Virus record (IMG/VR): IMGVR_UViG_3300024255_000001
Direction: 5' to 3' (one strand)
DNA: 64,000 bases
From: a virus
In this document: positions 8,163 through 20,000 of the stretch, piece by piece
How positions within the stretch are numbered: position 1 is the first letter of the stretch
Layout: each line of letters opens with the position of its first letter
Position numbers and translations under genes: made by a program
Notes under the pieces: model-generated
Told to the model about the DNA's origin: nothing
What the model saw: only the letters and a program-made list of their open reading frames with translations
Databases searched by the model: none

Positions 8163-8534
8163 TTAGAATCTTTTACCCATCGCAGCACCAAGAGCGGCAC
8201 CGACTAATCTGGAGGTTAATAGATCGTAGAATATACCTTTTTGAATACCCAGTACTTTAGCTAACATCTTACCGATAGATTTTCCTAAGGCAAAACCAGT
8301 TAAACCACCGATAATAGAACCTAAAAGACCTTCTTCAACTAGGTCTTCTTCTAATCTGTCTAAATCAAACTCACCAGTCTCTTCATTTAAGTATTGTTTT
8401 ACAAACTCTTCTAGAGCTTGATCAACCTTTTCCTCTAATTCAGGAGTCCACTCAGACTGTAGGCCTTCTGTTAATAGAGCCATATCAGTTTCTGTGAGTT
8501 GTTGTTCAACTAAGTAATCATTAAATGTTTTCAT
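8163..8534 (-). CDS. Putative capsid-targeted pro-protein with C-terminal glycine-zipper membrane peptide
   Basis: MKTFNDYLVE N-terminus resembles the T4 IP capsid-targeting sequence; acidic first half; Glu-free hydrophobic/cationic C-terminal 55 aa. Confidence 0.6.
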   Translation of the reverse strand: MKTFNDYLVEQQLTETDMALLTEGLQSEWTPELEEKVDQALEEFVKQYLNEETGEFDLDRLEEDLVEEGLLGSIIGGLTGFALGKSIGKMLAKVLGIQKGIFYDLLTSRLVGAALGAAMGKRF

Positions 8535-8538
8535 AATG

Positions 8539-8546
8539 TATATATC
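8539..8546 (-). promoter_or_regulatory. Putative late promoter GATATATA, 4 nt before ATG
   Basis: Recurrent motif. Confidence 0.7.
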
Positions 8547-8548
8547 GT

Positions 8549-9100
8549 TTAATCTATTTCTAAATCTAGGCTCATCTTATTGTAAACAAAAGCACATTCA
8601 AACGTATTGAAGTCAGCTACATTTTCTGCCATATTTAGATTTAACTCGTTAATAGAGTTTAGTATTATTTTTTCAAATTTCATAAAAGCAACAGAACTAC
8701 CTTCTGCATCTAGAATCCTTAAAGTAAATGGTTCGATATAAGGCTCTTTAGTAGTTCTTGCATAATAGTATAATAGAGTGTCCATCATAATCCAATAGTT
8801 AATAAAACCATCTAATAACTGGAAAGTAACTGTAAATTCTCTTGTTATTGTATTTTGGATTGGGACTGCACCTCTATGGTATCTAGTTGTACCATCATTA
8901 TCTGCTTGTGTAATTGGGTCAAACGTAATACCAGGAATATTAACACCTTGTATAGAATAGTTAACAAAATCCACTGGCTCTGCTAACAGTCCACCTGGAA
9001 TTCTGTTTAAATACTTTTTGTACTTATCTACAACTTCCTCTGGAATAAACTTTCTAGGAAATCTAAAATCGTATGCGTTATTTCTACTATTTAAAATCAT
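8549..9100 (-). CDS. Tail tube terminator / tube-family protein (T4 gp3/gp19-like)
   Basis: IQGVNIPGITF...FTVTFQLLDGFINYW pattern typical of the gp3/gp19 fold. Confidence 0.6.
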   Translation of the reverse strand: MILNSRNNAYDFRFPRKFIPEEVVDKYKKYLNRIPGGLLAEPVDFVNYSIQGVNIPGITFDPITQADNDGTTRYHRGAVPIQNTITREFTVTFQLLDGFINYWIMMDTLLYYYARTTKEPYIEPFTLRILDAEGSSVAFMKFEKIILNSINELNLNMAENVADFNTFECAFVYNKMSLDLEID

Positions 9101-11169
9101 TATCCAAGAGTAAATTTACCTTTAGTAACCATAGATTCATCAACACCGTTATCTAAACTAATATAGAAATCTCGGTTTTGCATACCTCTAATTGAATTTG
9201 CATTTTGTTCGTTAATCTTAAATAAGACTTCACCTTTACCCATATCAATATCTTTATTATAGACATGGTTAAACTTTAATTTAGATTTACCGTCATTAAA
9301 AGTTAAAATAACTAACTCAGCGTTTTCAAAAGATACTAATTCGAAATCATCACCTCTTTTCTTTGCAATCACAAATTTAATATACGTAGAAAAAGGAGGG
9401 ATTGTGATTGATAGATCTCCCTCGTTAACGAAATCAGAAGTATCAAACTCTTCAACCTCTTTTAACATCTCATTATTACCTGTACCTGTAAGTTCTACTT
9501 TAGCAGAAGAAGCAATTACATTATGTCTTTCAATAAATGTAGGCACGTACTTTGTTGATCTTGGTAAATTATCTGTAATAAAACCAGAGATCGTTTTGTT
9601 AGAAGTTAAACTAGGTAAAACGTTGTAAACTTCCGTCAATATATTTGGGTTGTCAATTTTAAGAGCAGATAATTTCTTACCATATTTAGCCGGGTAGTTT
9701 ACTGTTAAAGCTGCTTTCTTTACAATTTGAGTATTATCTGTTTGATTGTAAATTCTCATCGTCACATCGATCGAGAAGTTAACCGCAACATTAGCATTTT
9801 TAATCACAGGTCTAAAGACGATAGGTGTACTAAAGTCTTCATATTGTGTAAATGTAGTATCTGATGTTTTAATAAAAGAAGTACCCACTTGTTCAAATAC
9901 TTCAGTGTCGTATATTACAACAATATCATCTGAGCTGGTTTGAATTCTATTTAATATATTACTTTCAAAGCCGGAAATTGAATTATCTTTTTCTCCGTAA
10001 ATATTAAAGTAATCTCCATCTTCAGCATCTTCAACCACTACGGTAAAATCAGAATACTCATCTTCTCTAGAAACTGTAAATTTATTCTCTTCTCCAGTAT
10101 AGACATAATCAAAACCTGCTATAGTTTCTAATTTTTCTAGTAATTTAAAATTAATACCGTAATTAGCAAGTGGATTTACATCACTAGTATTAAGAGTACC
10201 ATCACCATAAAATCTATCTAAGAACTCCTGGTTCTGTCCGATTAATGATGGGATTTTAATATTAATATATTTAGACCAAAGTACTTCACCTAAAATAAAT
10301 GGTTTAGGATTTGAAAATTCATAGTTACTTTGATTTAAGTAGACTAGTTGAGTTAAAAAGTTTTTAATACCAGTATTTCTTTCAGTAGTTACCTCGAATA
10401 GAAAACCTTCATAACCTCTTGCTGCAAAACTAAATCCAGATCTTAAGTGTAGTCTAACTGTATCATATTGGATATAGTTAATATTCGCAGTTGCTTCAGT
10501 CTGATAATTTAATAAATCATTTTCTCTAGAACCAGTCCATTCAACTGCATTATTAATAAAATTATGCATTTCATAATCTCCAGTAGAGTCATAACCCAGT
10601 AATGCATATTTAGTTTTATCACCACCGGGTGCGTTAATAGCATGGTATCTACCAATAGTCTGATTAAGATCATTACCTGTAGCTTCGTCTGGTGAAGCAA
10701 ATAGAGGGTTAGCTCTAGTATCAACAATAGCTTTACCACCAATTAAACCAGGGTATGAATATTCTACTGTACCATTTTGGTTCGGGGTATATTCTGCGAT
10801 ATTAGTTATTGCTGAGAATGAATAAATACCCAATTCACCGCTAATTGCAAAATCAGCTGGATTAGGTAAAGCGCTTAAATCAAACTTATATGTCTTTCCA
10901 TTTTGTAGAAGTAAAGTTCTAGCTGCAAAATTCTCAACAGCTAAATAACCAGATATAGATGTCACATCAAAATTCACTACCGCAGAACCTAACTCATTAA
11001 TTAAGTGCCTAGTACTGAAAGGATCTCCCTGGACTGTGTCTAAGAACATCACCTCACTACCATTATCGTCTACTTCTATACGATATGGCTCAGGATTACC
11101 TTGGTCGTGGTAGATAAACTCAAGTAAAATGTCTTGGTCTATCTTAAAATATCTGGATGATTGCGCCAT
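9100..11169 (-). CDS. Putative virion structural protein
   Basis: 689 aa, beta-rich, inside the tail operon. Confidence 0.55.
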   Translation of the reverse strand: MAQSSRYFKIDQDILLEFIYHDQGNPEPYRIEVDDNGSEVMFLDTVQGDPFSTRHLINELGSAVVNFDVTSISGYLAVENFAARTLLLQNGKTYKFDLSALPNPADFAISGELGIYSFSAITNIAEYTPNQNGTVEYSYPGLIGGKAIVDTRANPLFASPDEATGNDLNQTIGRYHAINAPGGDKTKYALLGYDSTGDYEMHNFINNAVEWTGSRENDLLNYQTEATANINYIQYDTVRLHLRSGFSFAARGYEGFLFEVTTERNTGIKNFLTQLVYLNQSNYEFSNPKPFILGEVLWSKYINIKIPSLIGQNQEFLDRFYGDGTLNTSDVNPLANYGINFKLLEKLETIAGFDYVYTGEENKFTVSREDEYSDFTVVVEDAEDGDYFNIYGEKDNSISGFESNILNRIQTSSDDIVVIYDTEVFEQVGTSFIKTSDTTFTQYEDFSTPIVFRPVIKNANVAVNFSIDVTMRIYNQTDNTQIVKKAALTVNYPAKYGKKLSALKIDNPNILTEVYNVLPSLTSNKTISGFITDNLPRSTKYVPTFIERHNVIASSAKVELTGTGNNEMLKEVEEFDTSDFVNEGDLSITIPPFSTYIKFVIAKKRGDDFELVSFENAELVILTFNDGKSKLKFNHVYNKDIDMGKGEVLFKINEQNANSIRGMQNRDFYISLDNGVDESMVTKGKFTLG

Positions 11170-11172
11170 GTT

Positions 11173-11979
11173 TTAAAATTGTAAAAATTTAGGTGACCAG
11201 TAAAGTCCCACACCTATTGAAGGTCCTGTGCTAATTACTTGATCGTTATTTAAGTTAATACCATATCCAACTCCAAAACCAACTAACCATCTAGATTTCT
11301 TTTGGTCTTGTCTATTTAATCTGCTATTTACTAAATTAATATTTTCAATATCTTTAATTTCTAATCCAGGGTAGCTTGTAGATAATTTTAATCTATCAGC
11401 ACCATCTACGTTCTCAATTGCTGCCATTAAGCTTAGAGTTTGTGTTAACTCAAATTTAGTTTCTAATACTTTAAACTGTTCAAATTCATATTTAAAGGTA
11501 GAAAACCCTGTTAATTCTCTAGAGTTACCATTGCCAAAATCTTCAGCAGATGAAAATGTAACTTTAGTAGTTGTCGTGTCTATAGTCTCAGTTGTAGTAG
11601 TTACATTTAGACTATCTTTAATTTCTAAGTTAGCTGAGATTAACGAGTTAACGTCTTTTAAATCTTTATTTAATGCTAACGCTTTCTGATACTTCTTCGT
11701 TAACTTAGCTTGACTAGATTGCATATTTGATAAATCAAACTCATAAGATCTAATCTGAGCAAGCTGATCGCCATTATCATTTCTTAATATAGTAACAGAG
11801 TCTTGAGCTGCTTTAAAATTATTAAGTTGTCTACCAGCATCTTCTTGTGCTAACTTGACATCTTGTTTTAAATTCTCAATACTATTACACTGTCTAAGAA
11901 ATAACATAACGACAAGAGCTCCAGCGATAAATGTCACTAGAGTCTTGTTCGAGAGTATATTTTTTATTTTGTCTTTCAT
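11173..11979 (-). CDS. Membrane-anchored coiled-coil protein with C-terminal beta-hairpin (candidate spanin)
   Basis: N-terminal hydrophobic helix ending LFLRQC, coiled coil, and C-terminal WLVGFGVGYG...SIGVGLYWSPKFLQF. Confidence 0.55.
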   Translation of the reverse strand: MKDKIKNILSNKTLVTFIAGALVVMLFLRQCNSIENLKQDVKLAQEDAGRQLNNFKAAQDSVTILRNDNGDQLAQIRSYEFDLSNMQSSQAKLTKKYQKALALNKDLKDVNSLISANLEIKDSLNVTTTTETIDTTTTKVTFSSAEDFGNGNSRELTGFSTFKYEFEQFKVLETKFELTQTLSLMAAIENVDGADRLKLSTSYPGLEIKDIENINLVNSRLNRQDQKKSRWLVGFGVGYGINLNNDQVISTGPSIGVGLYWSPKFLQF

Positions 11980-12000
11980 AATTTAATTTTTATAGGCTTA

Positions 12001-14088
12001 CTATGAACAAGTCCCGTTATAGTTCAAACCACCGGCACCTGAAACCCATACCGGACCATTCGGGAATGAATCGTAATCAACCTGATGACATATTGTTAAT
12101 GAAGGAGTTCCGTATGGACAATTGTTGTTTTGTGTACCAATTGGAGATGACATTTGTACAGTTCCGTCACAGTCACGCCATTGGATTACATTACACTCGT
12201 TTTGGTAAAAACTAGTTACAACATACGATTGGCAAAGCGGCGGTGCTTGTGTTGTGGCAGGAGTCTGTGTTGTGGTTGCAACCACATTCCATTTTGCCCA
12301 AAGAGTTAATTTATCATAAATTCCTTCACTTCCCGTATATACTGATGTCGGTGGTACAGCTCCAGCACTATAATTTGTACCGGTAGTGTACTGACTAGTA
12401 TTCCAAGAATCAAATGTGTAACCGTCACGTACGTATGCTGTATTAGCTGCTACTGATAATGGGTGTGTACCAGTTTGATCTGGGATTCCCGTTGACCCAC
12501 TACCAAGAGTACCTCCATTAGGATTGTAAGTAATTTTATAGAGCTCTTCCCCGACAGCAGTGTCAGTATCACTTACTTGTTGCCCAGCATTACTATATCC
12601 ACTAGGTACTGTAACGACTAAAGTGTATGTATTACTACCTTCTCCTAATACAGTTGGTGTAAACGAAACTATAGTACCGTTATTCGACCAAGTCATGACA
12701 GCATTCGCCCCTTCTACGCCGTTAGCTACATTTACGTTAATATTACTAGCTGTATATAATGGTAAAGGAGTTTGTGTTGTTGGCGTCGGAGCCTGTGTTG
12801 TTGGCGTCGGAGCTTGTGTTGTTGGCGTCGGCGCTTGTGTTGTTGCATCAGCAGCATTCTGTGAAACAGCGATAGTTGCTGTAGTATTCGGATCTTGTGG
12901 GTGTGCAATAACTAAGTTACCACTTCTAGCAGAATATGATGTATTCGCTGCTACTGTAATATCAATATAACCTGGATCAGATGCATCAAAAGTAATCCAG
13001 CTAGGTTTACTAGTAATATCAATTCCACTAAATATTAAGTCATCAGTAGGACCTGTTTGGATAAACACTTCTAGACCTCCTCCTGTATTACTTAATCCTG
13101 TAAGTACGTTTGGATTTTCAAAGCTAATTGAATAATTAATTGGTGCTTCTGTAGTCGAAGAAGTCGTAGTCACTTGAACACCAGTCCAATCATTACCGGA
13201 ATTATCATACTCGTAACTTTCAGTAGATGGCACTAATTCAATACTTGGATCAGTACTCGTATAAGGAGTACCATATTGATTAACTAAAAGATCTCCATCT
13301 GGTTCAATGTTAATAGTATAACCTCCACCGCCTTGACCACAAGGAGCCATACAGAAGTCTACCCAAGTAATATTAGTTCCGTCAGAAATACCACCTTGGA
13401 ATACATTAGTACTAGAGTTATATCTAATAAGACCAGTATCTGGAGATAATGTATTATTTGCCGGTACTTTAAATGATGAGTTATCTGCAATAGAAAATCT
13501 ATCAAAAGCAGCATTAAACTCTACATTAACTGCAGCATCTAAATCAAATGATTTTCCAAAAGTATATTTAACAGAGTTATCTGCCTCATCACTAGAAGAT
13601 ATATCAATAGATACATTTTTACCATTATTATCAGCACCGTGCCATAGTCTTAAATATTCATCAGAGTCTAAACCACCTTGTACACCCTGTGCATGTTTAC
13701 CAATAGTTAATGTAGCTCTTAAAGCGGTCAACCCATCGTAGGGTGTATTTTCATTAAACATCTGATCCCCTAAAAATATAGTAGGGTGTAAATTATCAGT
13801 TGTAATTTTAGGCTTTAATATAGAATAAGTCTCATTAGCTGAGTCAGGATTGACATTAATAACATGCCATGGCGAAGTTGTAGCGCCTGTTAAACCTTGT
13901 GGCCCAACATCACCTTTTTGCCCCTTGCTACCAGTGTTACCCTTGGTACCTTGTATACCTTGGGAACCCTTCTGACCAGAAGGACCTCCTCCATTCGCTA
14001 CAATTTGATCAAAGTTATAGTTTATCTTCTCAAACTTAATAGCGTCCGAATCACTAGGGTGTAGTATTTCTTGTATATTAATGGCCAT
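12001..14088 (-). CDS. Tail fibre/adhesin (collagen, BACON-like, Thr-rich linker, Listeria-Bacteroides repeat)
   Basis: N-terminal D..KINYNF baseplate-anchor motif, GXY collagen repeat, SWIT...ANTSYSARSG, PTTQA repeats and ITYNPNGG...RDGYTFDSW...LWAKW. Confidence 0.75.
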   Translation of the reverse strand: MAINIQEILHPSDSDAIKFEKINYNFDQIVANGGGPSGQKGSQGIQGTKGNTGSKGQKGDVGPQGLTGATTSPWHVINVNPDSANETYSILKPKITTDNLHPTIFLGDQMFNENTPYDGLTALRATLTIGKHAQGVQGGLDSDEYLRLWHGADNNGKNVSIDISSSDEADNSVKYTFGKSFDLDAAVNVEFNAAFDRFSIADNSSFKVPANNTLSPDTGLIRYNSSTNVFQGGISDGTNITWVDFCMAPCGQGGGGYTINIEPDGDLLVNQYGTPYTSTDPSIELVPSTESYEYDNSGNDWTGVQVTTTSSTTEAPINYSISFENPNVLTGLSNTGGGLEVFIQTGPTDDLIFSGIDITSKPSWITFDASDPGYIDITVAANTSYSARSGNLVIAHPQDPNTTATIAVSQNAADATTQAPTPTTQAPTPTTQAPTPTTQTPLPLYTASNINVNVANGVEGANAVMTWSNNGTIVSFTPTVLGEGSNTYTLVVTVPSGYSNAGQQVSDTDTAVGEELYKITYNPNGGTLGSGSTGIPDQTGTHPLSVAANTAYVRDGYTFDSWNTSQYTTGTNYSAGAVPPTSVYTGSEGIYDKLTLWAKWNVVATTTQTPATTQAPPLCQSYVVTSFYQNECNVIQWRDCDGTVQMSSPIGTQNNNCPYGTPSLTICHQVDYDSFPNGPVWVSGAGGLNYNGTCS
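12772..12845 (-). repeat. 21-nt tandem repeat encoding PTPTTQA
   Basis: TGTGTTGTTGGCGTCGGAGCY units; the same unit occurs at 57014-57090. Confidence 0.9.
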
Positions 14089-14092
14089 CTTC

Positions 14093-17000
14093 TTATGACG
14101 TTATTTTTATCATAGGTCTTATTCTATAAGAGTAACCTAATCTTTTATTATATATCAATCTAAAATTAAGGGGCTTTTGTTCGTGAGCCCTAAAAGTAAA
14201 GTTTTGATCTTGTGTATATCCACCATCGTCTAATGCGTCGATAGTAGTTGCATTTTCAAAAGCTGAAAACTGTCCTTTGATTCTACGCGTAAATAGCTTA
14301 ATTTGATTTAGGCTAAATAGGTTGACCAAATTTTCTTCAATATAAAGTTGAGCATCATCAACCAAAGTGGTTTTATCTTCAGCAGAATCAGCCACTGCAA
14401 CATATTGTTGAATTGCATTGAATACTCCATCCGACGATAATTTATCTTTAATAGTATCTGTGATATAAAAATCTACAATAATGTTATCTTTATTTTCAAA
14501 TATAACTAAATCAGTAGTATTAGTATTATCTAATAAAATTACGTCTTGTTCTTCTTCTGACCCAACATACTCTGAAGTAAAATTAAGTAAATTATAGCTA
14601 TCTTTTACTTTCATAATAGTTGAAGCCAAATATGATTTCTCTTCTTTAGTTTCAAATGTACCAGGTACCTGCTCAATATTTCCACCGGATAAAGATCGAG
14701 TATAATAGTTTTTATCCCATGAAGATTTAAACACATGTACGTCTTTTTTATCAATAGCAACTTCACCAATTAATGGGTAAAGAGGCAGTTTATCTGTAGA
14801 CGTAGATAGTTTAGTTACCGACGCGGCGTTAAATTCATTTACCTTTCTATAGAAATGGTTTTTAATATAACCCCATTGATTGTCATGAGTACCACCGTCG
14901 TATATAAATCCTAAGTTAAATGCAACACCACATCTATTATATCTCTTATAGTAATCTTTTGCAAGATTAATTTCATCTATATCTGTTAGAGAGTGTTTAT
15001 ACATTTGTTCTTCTAAGATTATCTCTGTAGAATCCGATGTACTCTGTAAAGTATTGGTTTTCATGTGGCTATATACATCTGTAAAAGTAACCACAGGTTT
15101 AGTATCAACTGTATATCCACCATTTTGTCTAACTAGGAATGGATAGTATGTAAAACCATCTGTTAAATCATAACCAATATTACCTGAAAACAGTTTAAAA
15201 GATTCTGGCTTATCCGTATCAGGAATAGTTTGTACTTTAGAGTCTTTTACAATTTCAGTACCATCTTCTAAATTAATAACAAACTGGTTATTTAAAACTT
15301 GACCATCGTTATTTACGGTTGTAAATACTATATTGTTAGGTTCTCTTAATAACATTGTCGCTACATCTCTAGCGGATAGTGCGTCTAAAATAGATTTATA
15401 TGCATTTATACCTCCTTTTTCATAAGTATATTCTGCAGTTGACTGTAAATACGCAGGTATATTTTGTAAATTTGCATTTGGTGTTAGTGGAACTCCATTT
15501 GAATCTAACCCGTCACCATTATCACCATCTGAAATATCTTTAGGTGGTTGTGCTAATACTAAAGTATCTTGTCCATCTAACCTTGCGATATTTAATCTTA
15601 AAAACATCTCACCGAATGGAGATTCTATCTTAACTATTAAGTTACCAAACTTAGAATCATCATCCTTATTAATTTGCTCTAAAAATTGAGGAATTGAACC
15701 ATCAACATGCTGTAATCCATTTACCTCTAAATAATTAGAAGCACTTGGGTCTGTAAAATTAGCATCTCGTAAGTTAAGAGCTCCATCGATTTTAATATCT
15801 GAATATTCAAATGTTAGGTTTTCTGATTTCCAAACTAACGAATGATTTAATTCATATAATAATTTTCTATTTAAAGTACCATCTGACCATAAATCATCTA
15901 GACTTAATGAAATCATAAAGACAACAAATTTAAACTTTTTATTTTGTATTACTTCATAGTCGATACCATTTGATTCTTGTGCTGTTTTTACATTTAGTAA
16001 AATACTAAATCTATATCCATTAAATTCAGAAGACTTAATAAAATCTACTGGATTAGAGGCAGTAAACTCTTTTCTACCTTTAAATATAAATTTTAAACCT
16101 TTAAATATAGTACTTGCAAATGCAGTATTATTACCACCTTCAACTCTAGTATACTTTTTCTGTCTATCTGTTTTTACAAAAGTCTTATAGTTATTATTGC
16201 CCTTTGTCTCGAATCCTTCTGTTACAAAGAATCTATCAAAATAATCATAATTAGTATCTTTAAATATAGCAGGAGTAATCTCAAAGTTATCCATAAAGTT
16301 AATATAACTAAAAGAATCATTTAGCCTATATACAGGATTAGCATCACTACCTACGTTATTCTTAAAATAAGCTGGTAAATTATTAATGTAAAACCATTCA
16401 TGTGTCATACCTAATCTATTTCTACCATCGGCAGATAAATCAGGTGCAAAATTAGATCTACCGAAAGCCTCATTAGCGTTTAGGTAGTATGGTTGTTCTC
16501 TAACAGTTAAGCTATCTTTTAAAACCCATTTATTAATAGAAGGAACTACTCTTGACTTGATAGCATATTCTTTTAAATAGTTTTCTTGTAATCTATCAAA
16601 CTCACTAGTAATTTGATTTTCATTAAACTCATCTGCTTGTTCTTCTAATAAAATATCACTTAATCCGTTAAAATAATCAACTGGATTTAGCGTGTATTCT
16701 GTATTCTCTTTACTACCAAATGGGTATATGTCATTTGAATCATCTTGTTCAGGCTCGTATGCTATATTAGCAGGAGTCTCATAAACTAACTCTTTTAGGT
16801 CTGAGTTTGAAGTATCATAAAAATCAAAATTCATATCATGAATATCAAACGCAGAAAATAAACCTACTTTAACTAGATTATCTGCATAGGTTTTAATTTC
16901 ACCAGCCTCAATCGTATTAGGTTTTTCCAATACAATTTTCTTATATTGTAAAGGTAATCTTTCAATATCATCTACAATATCAATAACTTTATTATAGATC

Positions 17001-20000
17001 CCTCTAGATTTTGTATTAATATAATCATTTACATTAATATCACTAGCAGAATCTAATGTTACTAATATTGACTTGCCAGTTGAATTACCGCCATTGAAAT
17101 AATAAATTGAACTATTATTAATTGTATTACAATTCTCTGGGCTATCACAATCATTAATATCTAATCTAAGTAAATTATTTACATCTAAATTATTTGAATC
17201 AACACTAATCCACTGATTAGCATTTGCATTAGGGATTGCAATACCAGCAGATAATAGTCTATAACCTTGTACATCTGTTTTAATATAGAAGTGGTCAGCT
17301 CCATCGTATGATAGTGCTGTAAACCCATTATCTATAGAATTAATAGATTTTACTATTGCACTTGTAACTTGAGGTATGGTTCCTTGGTTAGAGAAATTAA
17401 CTCCACCAAATTGACCTGCTGGTATATCTAATGCAAAGAATGTATTATTATCAATATCATAAGGTACTTGCAGCTCTTCAATTCTAACAATAGAATTATT
17501 AACACCATTTGATTGCCATGGAATAAAATCAGGCTGTAATGGTTTTAATGTAGCTCTTTTTTCTGACAATATAATAGATCTATCTGACTCTACCTCAATG
17601 TTTAAATTATTGTAAAGTTCTGGATATACCTTTGCTCCAGTAAATTGGTCTTCCTCTCCAATTCTATTTTGAATATAAGTAGCAACACCTTGTATGCCCT
17701 GTCCATCAATATAAATAGGTCCAAACTCTAACAATTGCCCATCAGTAGGATTAACTATTGTAAATTTCCAATCCTCTTGTCCTAATGATTGCTGTGGAAT
17801 TAGCCTAGTAAACTTAAGTCTATATGTCTGTTCTTTTGAAGGGAATATTGCAAACCCATCGTTTACAGCAGGGTTCTCTAAGATGTTTACCTTTACAAAG
17901 TCACTACCTGGTTTTCCATCAACCTTTATATCGATTGAATTTCCAGTTTCAGCTAATTTAATTTCTGAAGCAATTGAATTTCTAGAATCTTCAACATTTA
18001 ACTCTAGGTTACTAGGGTTATATACTGTCTTTGGAGATATTTTATAGAATTTATCAGATGTTGCCGCGTACCCTAATGTAGGAGTTTCAGATATTAATTT
18101 ATATGGTGGAATAGCAGATGAATTTTCGCTATTAATATATGAATTAACATTTTTAAACTTAAGTCTTCCTGTATTTGCAGAATCTAATGTACCGTAACCT
18201 GAATCAATATCATTTACATATAAACCAAAATATCTACTAACAGAATAATCAGTAGCAGCGTCATCATTAAATAGGAACTCTAGGTTAATTAAATTTGCAC
18301 ATGCTAATTTATTTCTTTGGAACCCACTTGTAATTAACTCATTAGCATCGATTAACGTAGAATCTTGACTAATAAAATCGCTATCTAAATACTCTCCTTT
18401 AGAAGTAAACCCTCCATTTTCTAAATCAATACCATTAAATGAAGACCTTTGTAATTTATCAAAGTTCATTGTAATTGGAGTTTTAGGGAATGACTCAGAT
18501 TGTATATGGTTTCTAATATATGTACCTAATTCAGAATCTCTAGATAAATCAAATGTTTTTACAATTTCACTATTCTTTAAAATCTCTTTTATATTATCTA
18601 AATTAGATCGTGTATCAAAGTCTAAAGTACCAATAGGATCTTTTACTCTAAAGATTACAAATTTGTTAGGTATTGTTTTATCTAACCAAATAGGAGCCAT
18701 CATTCTAAAGTCTTCATCATGTATCTTAGAATAGTTATAGACTGTACCGTAATGGTAATCCTCTTCTATTTGATGTTCAAAAGTATCTTGTACTGCAAAG
18801 TTTGAGTAAGACTCTTTTATTTTGTATATTTGGTCTGCAGGTGTTTTAGTATTTTTAAAGAATCTTTGTAGATCGTATGACCACTTTCCATCTTTATTAA
18901 CTGCCCATTTTTTATATTCAACTGATGCTAATTCTTTTGTAGCCTCTATTGATTCAATATACATTTTACCATTACTATTAACTACTAACTTCGCGTTAGT
19001 TGATAATTTAGGGTTTGTTCTTAATAGTGGTTTAGAAATATTATCTAAACTATAATTCTTTTCTAGGTTAAAATTAGGAATCGATTTGTTAATAATATCA
19101 GCATCATCAACAGTCGCCAATGTGTATGTTTGGGGCAACTCTGTTTGCATCAAACAACCTTCACAATCAGTATATCCATAATTAATTACAGCCGCAGAGG
19201 ATAGCCCTAAATCAACTGGGTTAACCTGAACAGTTCTAATAGAATCATTATTATATTCTGTTATATTATCTAATATATCTTGAGCATCATCAATATTAAC
19301 AGCAACAATTTTATGTTGCATTGACATACACTCTAATACAGTAGGACCATTTATTATTCCTCTATCACCAATAACCTCGTGTAATTCTTTTATATAAGAA
19401 CTGCCATTATCAGTATCTTTATGTAAACCATCTATGACATATAAATTCCAATAAGGAGATCCATCTTGGAATCTCGCAACACATGATAAAAATGCATAAA
19501 ATACATTTTCTCTAGAAGCAATCGACTGACCTACTTCAAATGTAGAAGAACCTGCAGGTCTTTCAAACTGAGTACTACATGTACCTAAAATTATATTAGC
19601 ATCTTCTGTACTAGCATTACCAGTACTACCTTGTAATAAATCTGTATCGTTTCCAACTACGCCCTTCCATACATAGTTACCGGTATAACCACTTGAGTTA
19701 TAGTTTTCCCAAACAGCAAATCGCCTATCTGTGTCTAATGAATAAGTTGCATTATTGAAACTATCAACGTTAACCTTACTAGCTAAGAACGTAGTACTTG
19801 ACCATGATAATCCATAATCAACTTGGTTCGCAGCCTCTAATGAAGTAAAAGGTACTATATTATGTTGTAATATGTATTGTAATTTAGCCAATTCAGATAA
19901 AGACCCTACTCCATCTTCTTGATTAGCTCTAAAATAAAGTTTTGTAAGAACTAAATCACTGTCATCAGCTAAACAAACATTATCAATTCTAATAGGATCT

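Noticed and set aside
8162-8200. Track start codons at 8200, 49639 and 61460
   Set aside because: They overlap upstream genes or promoter motifs; downstream starts at 8161, 49567 and 61442 fit the motifs better.
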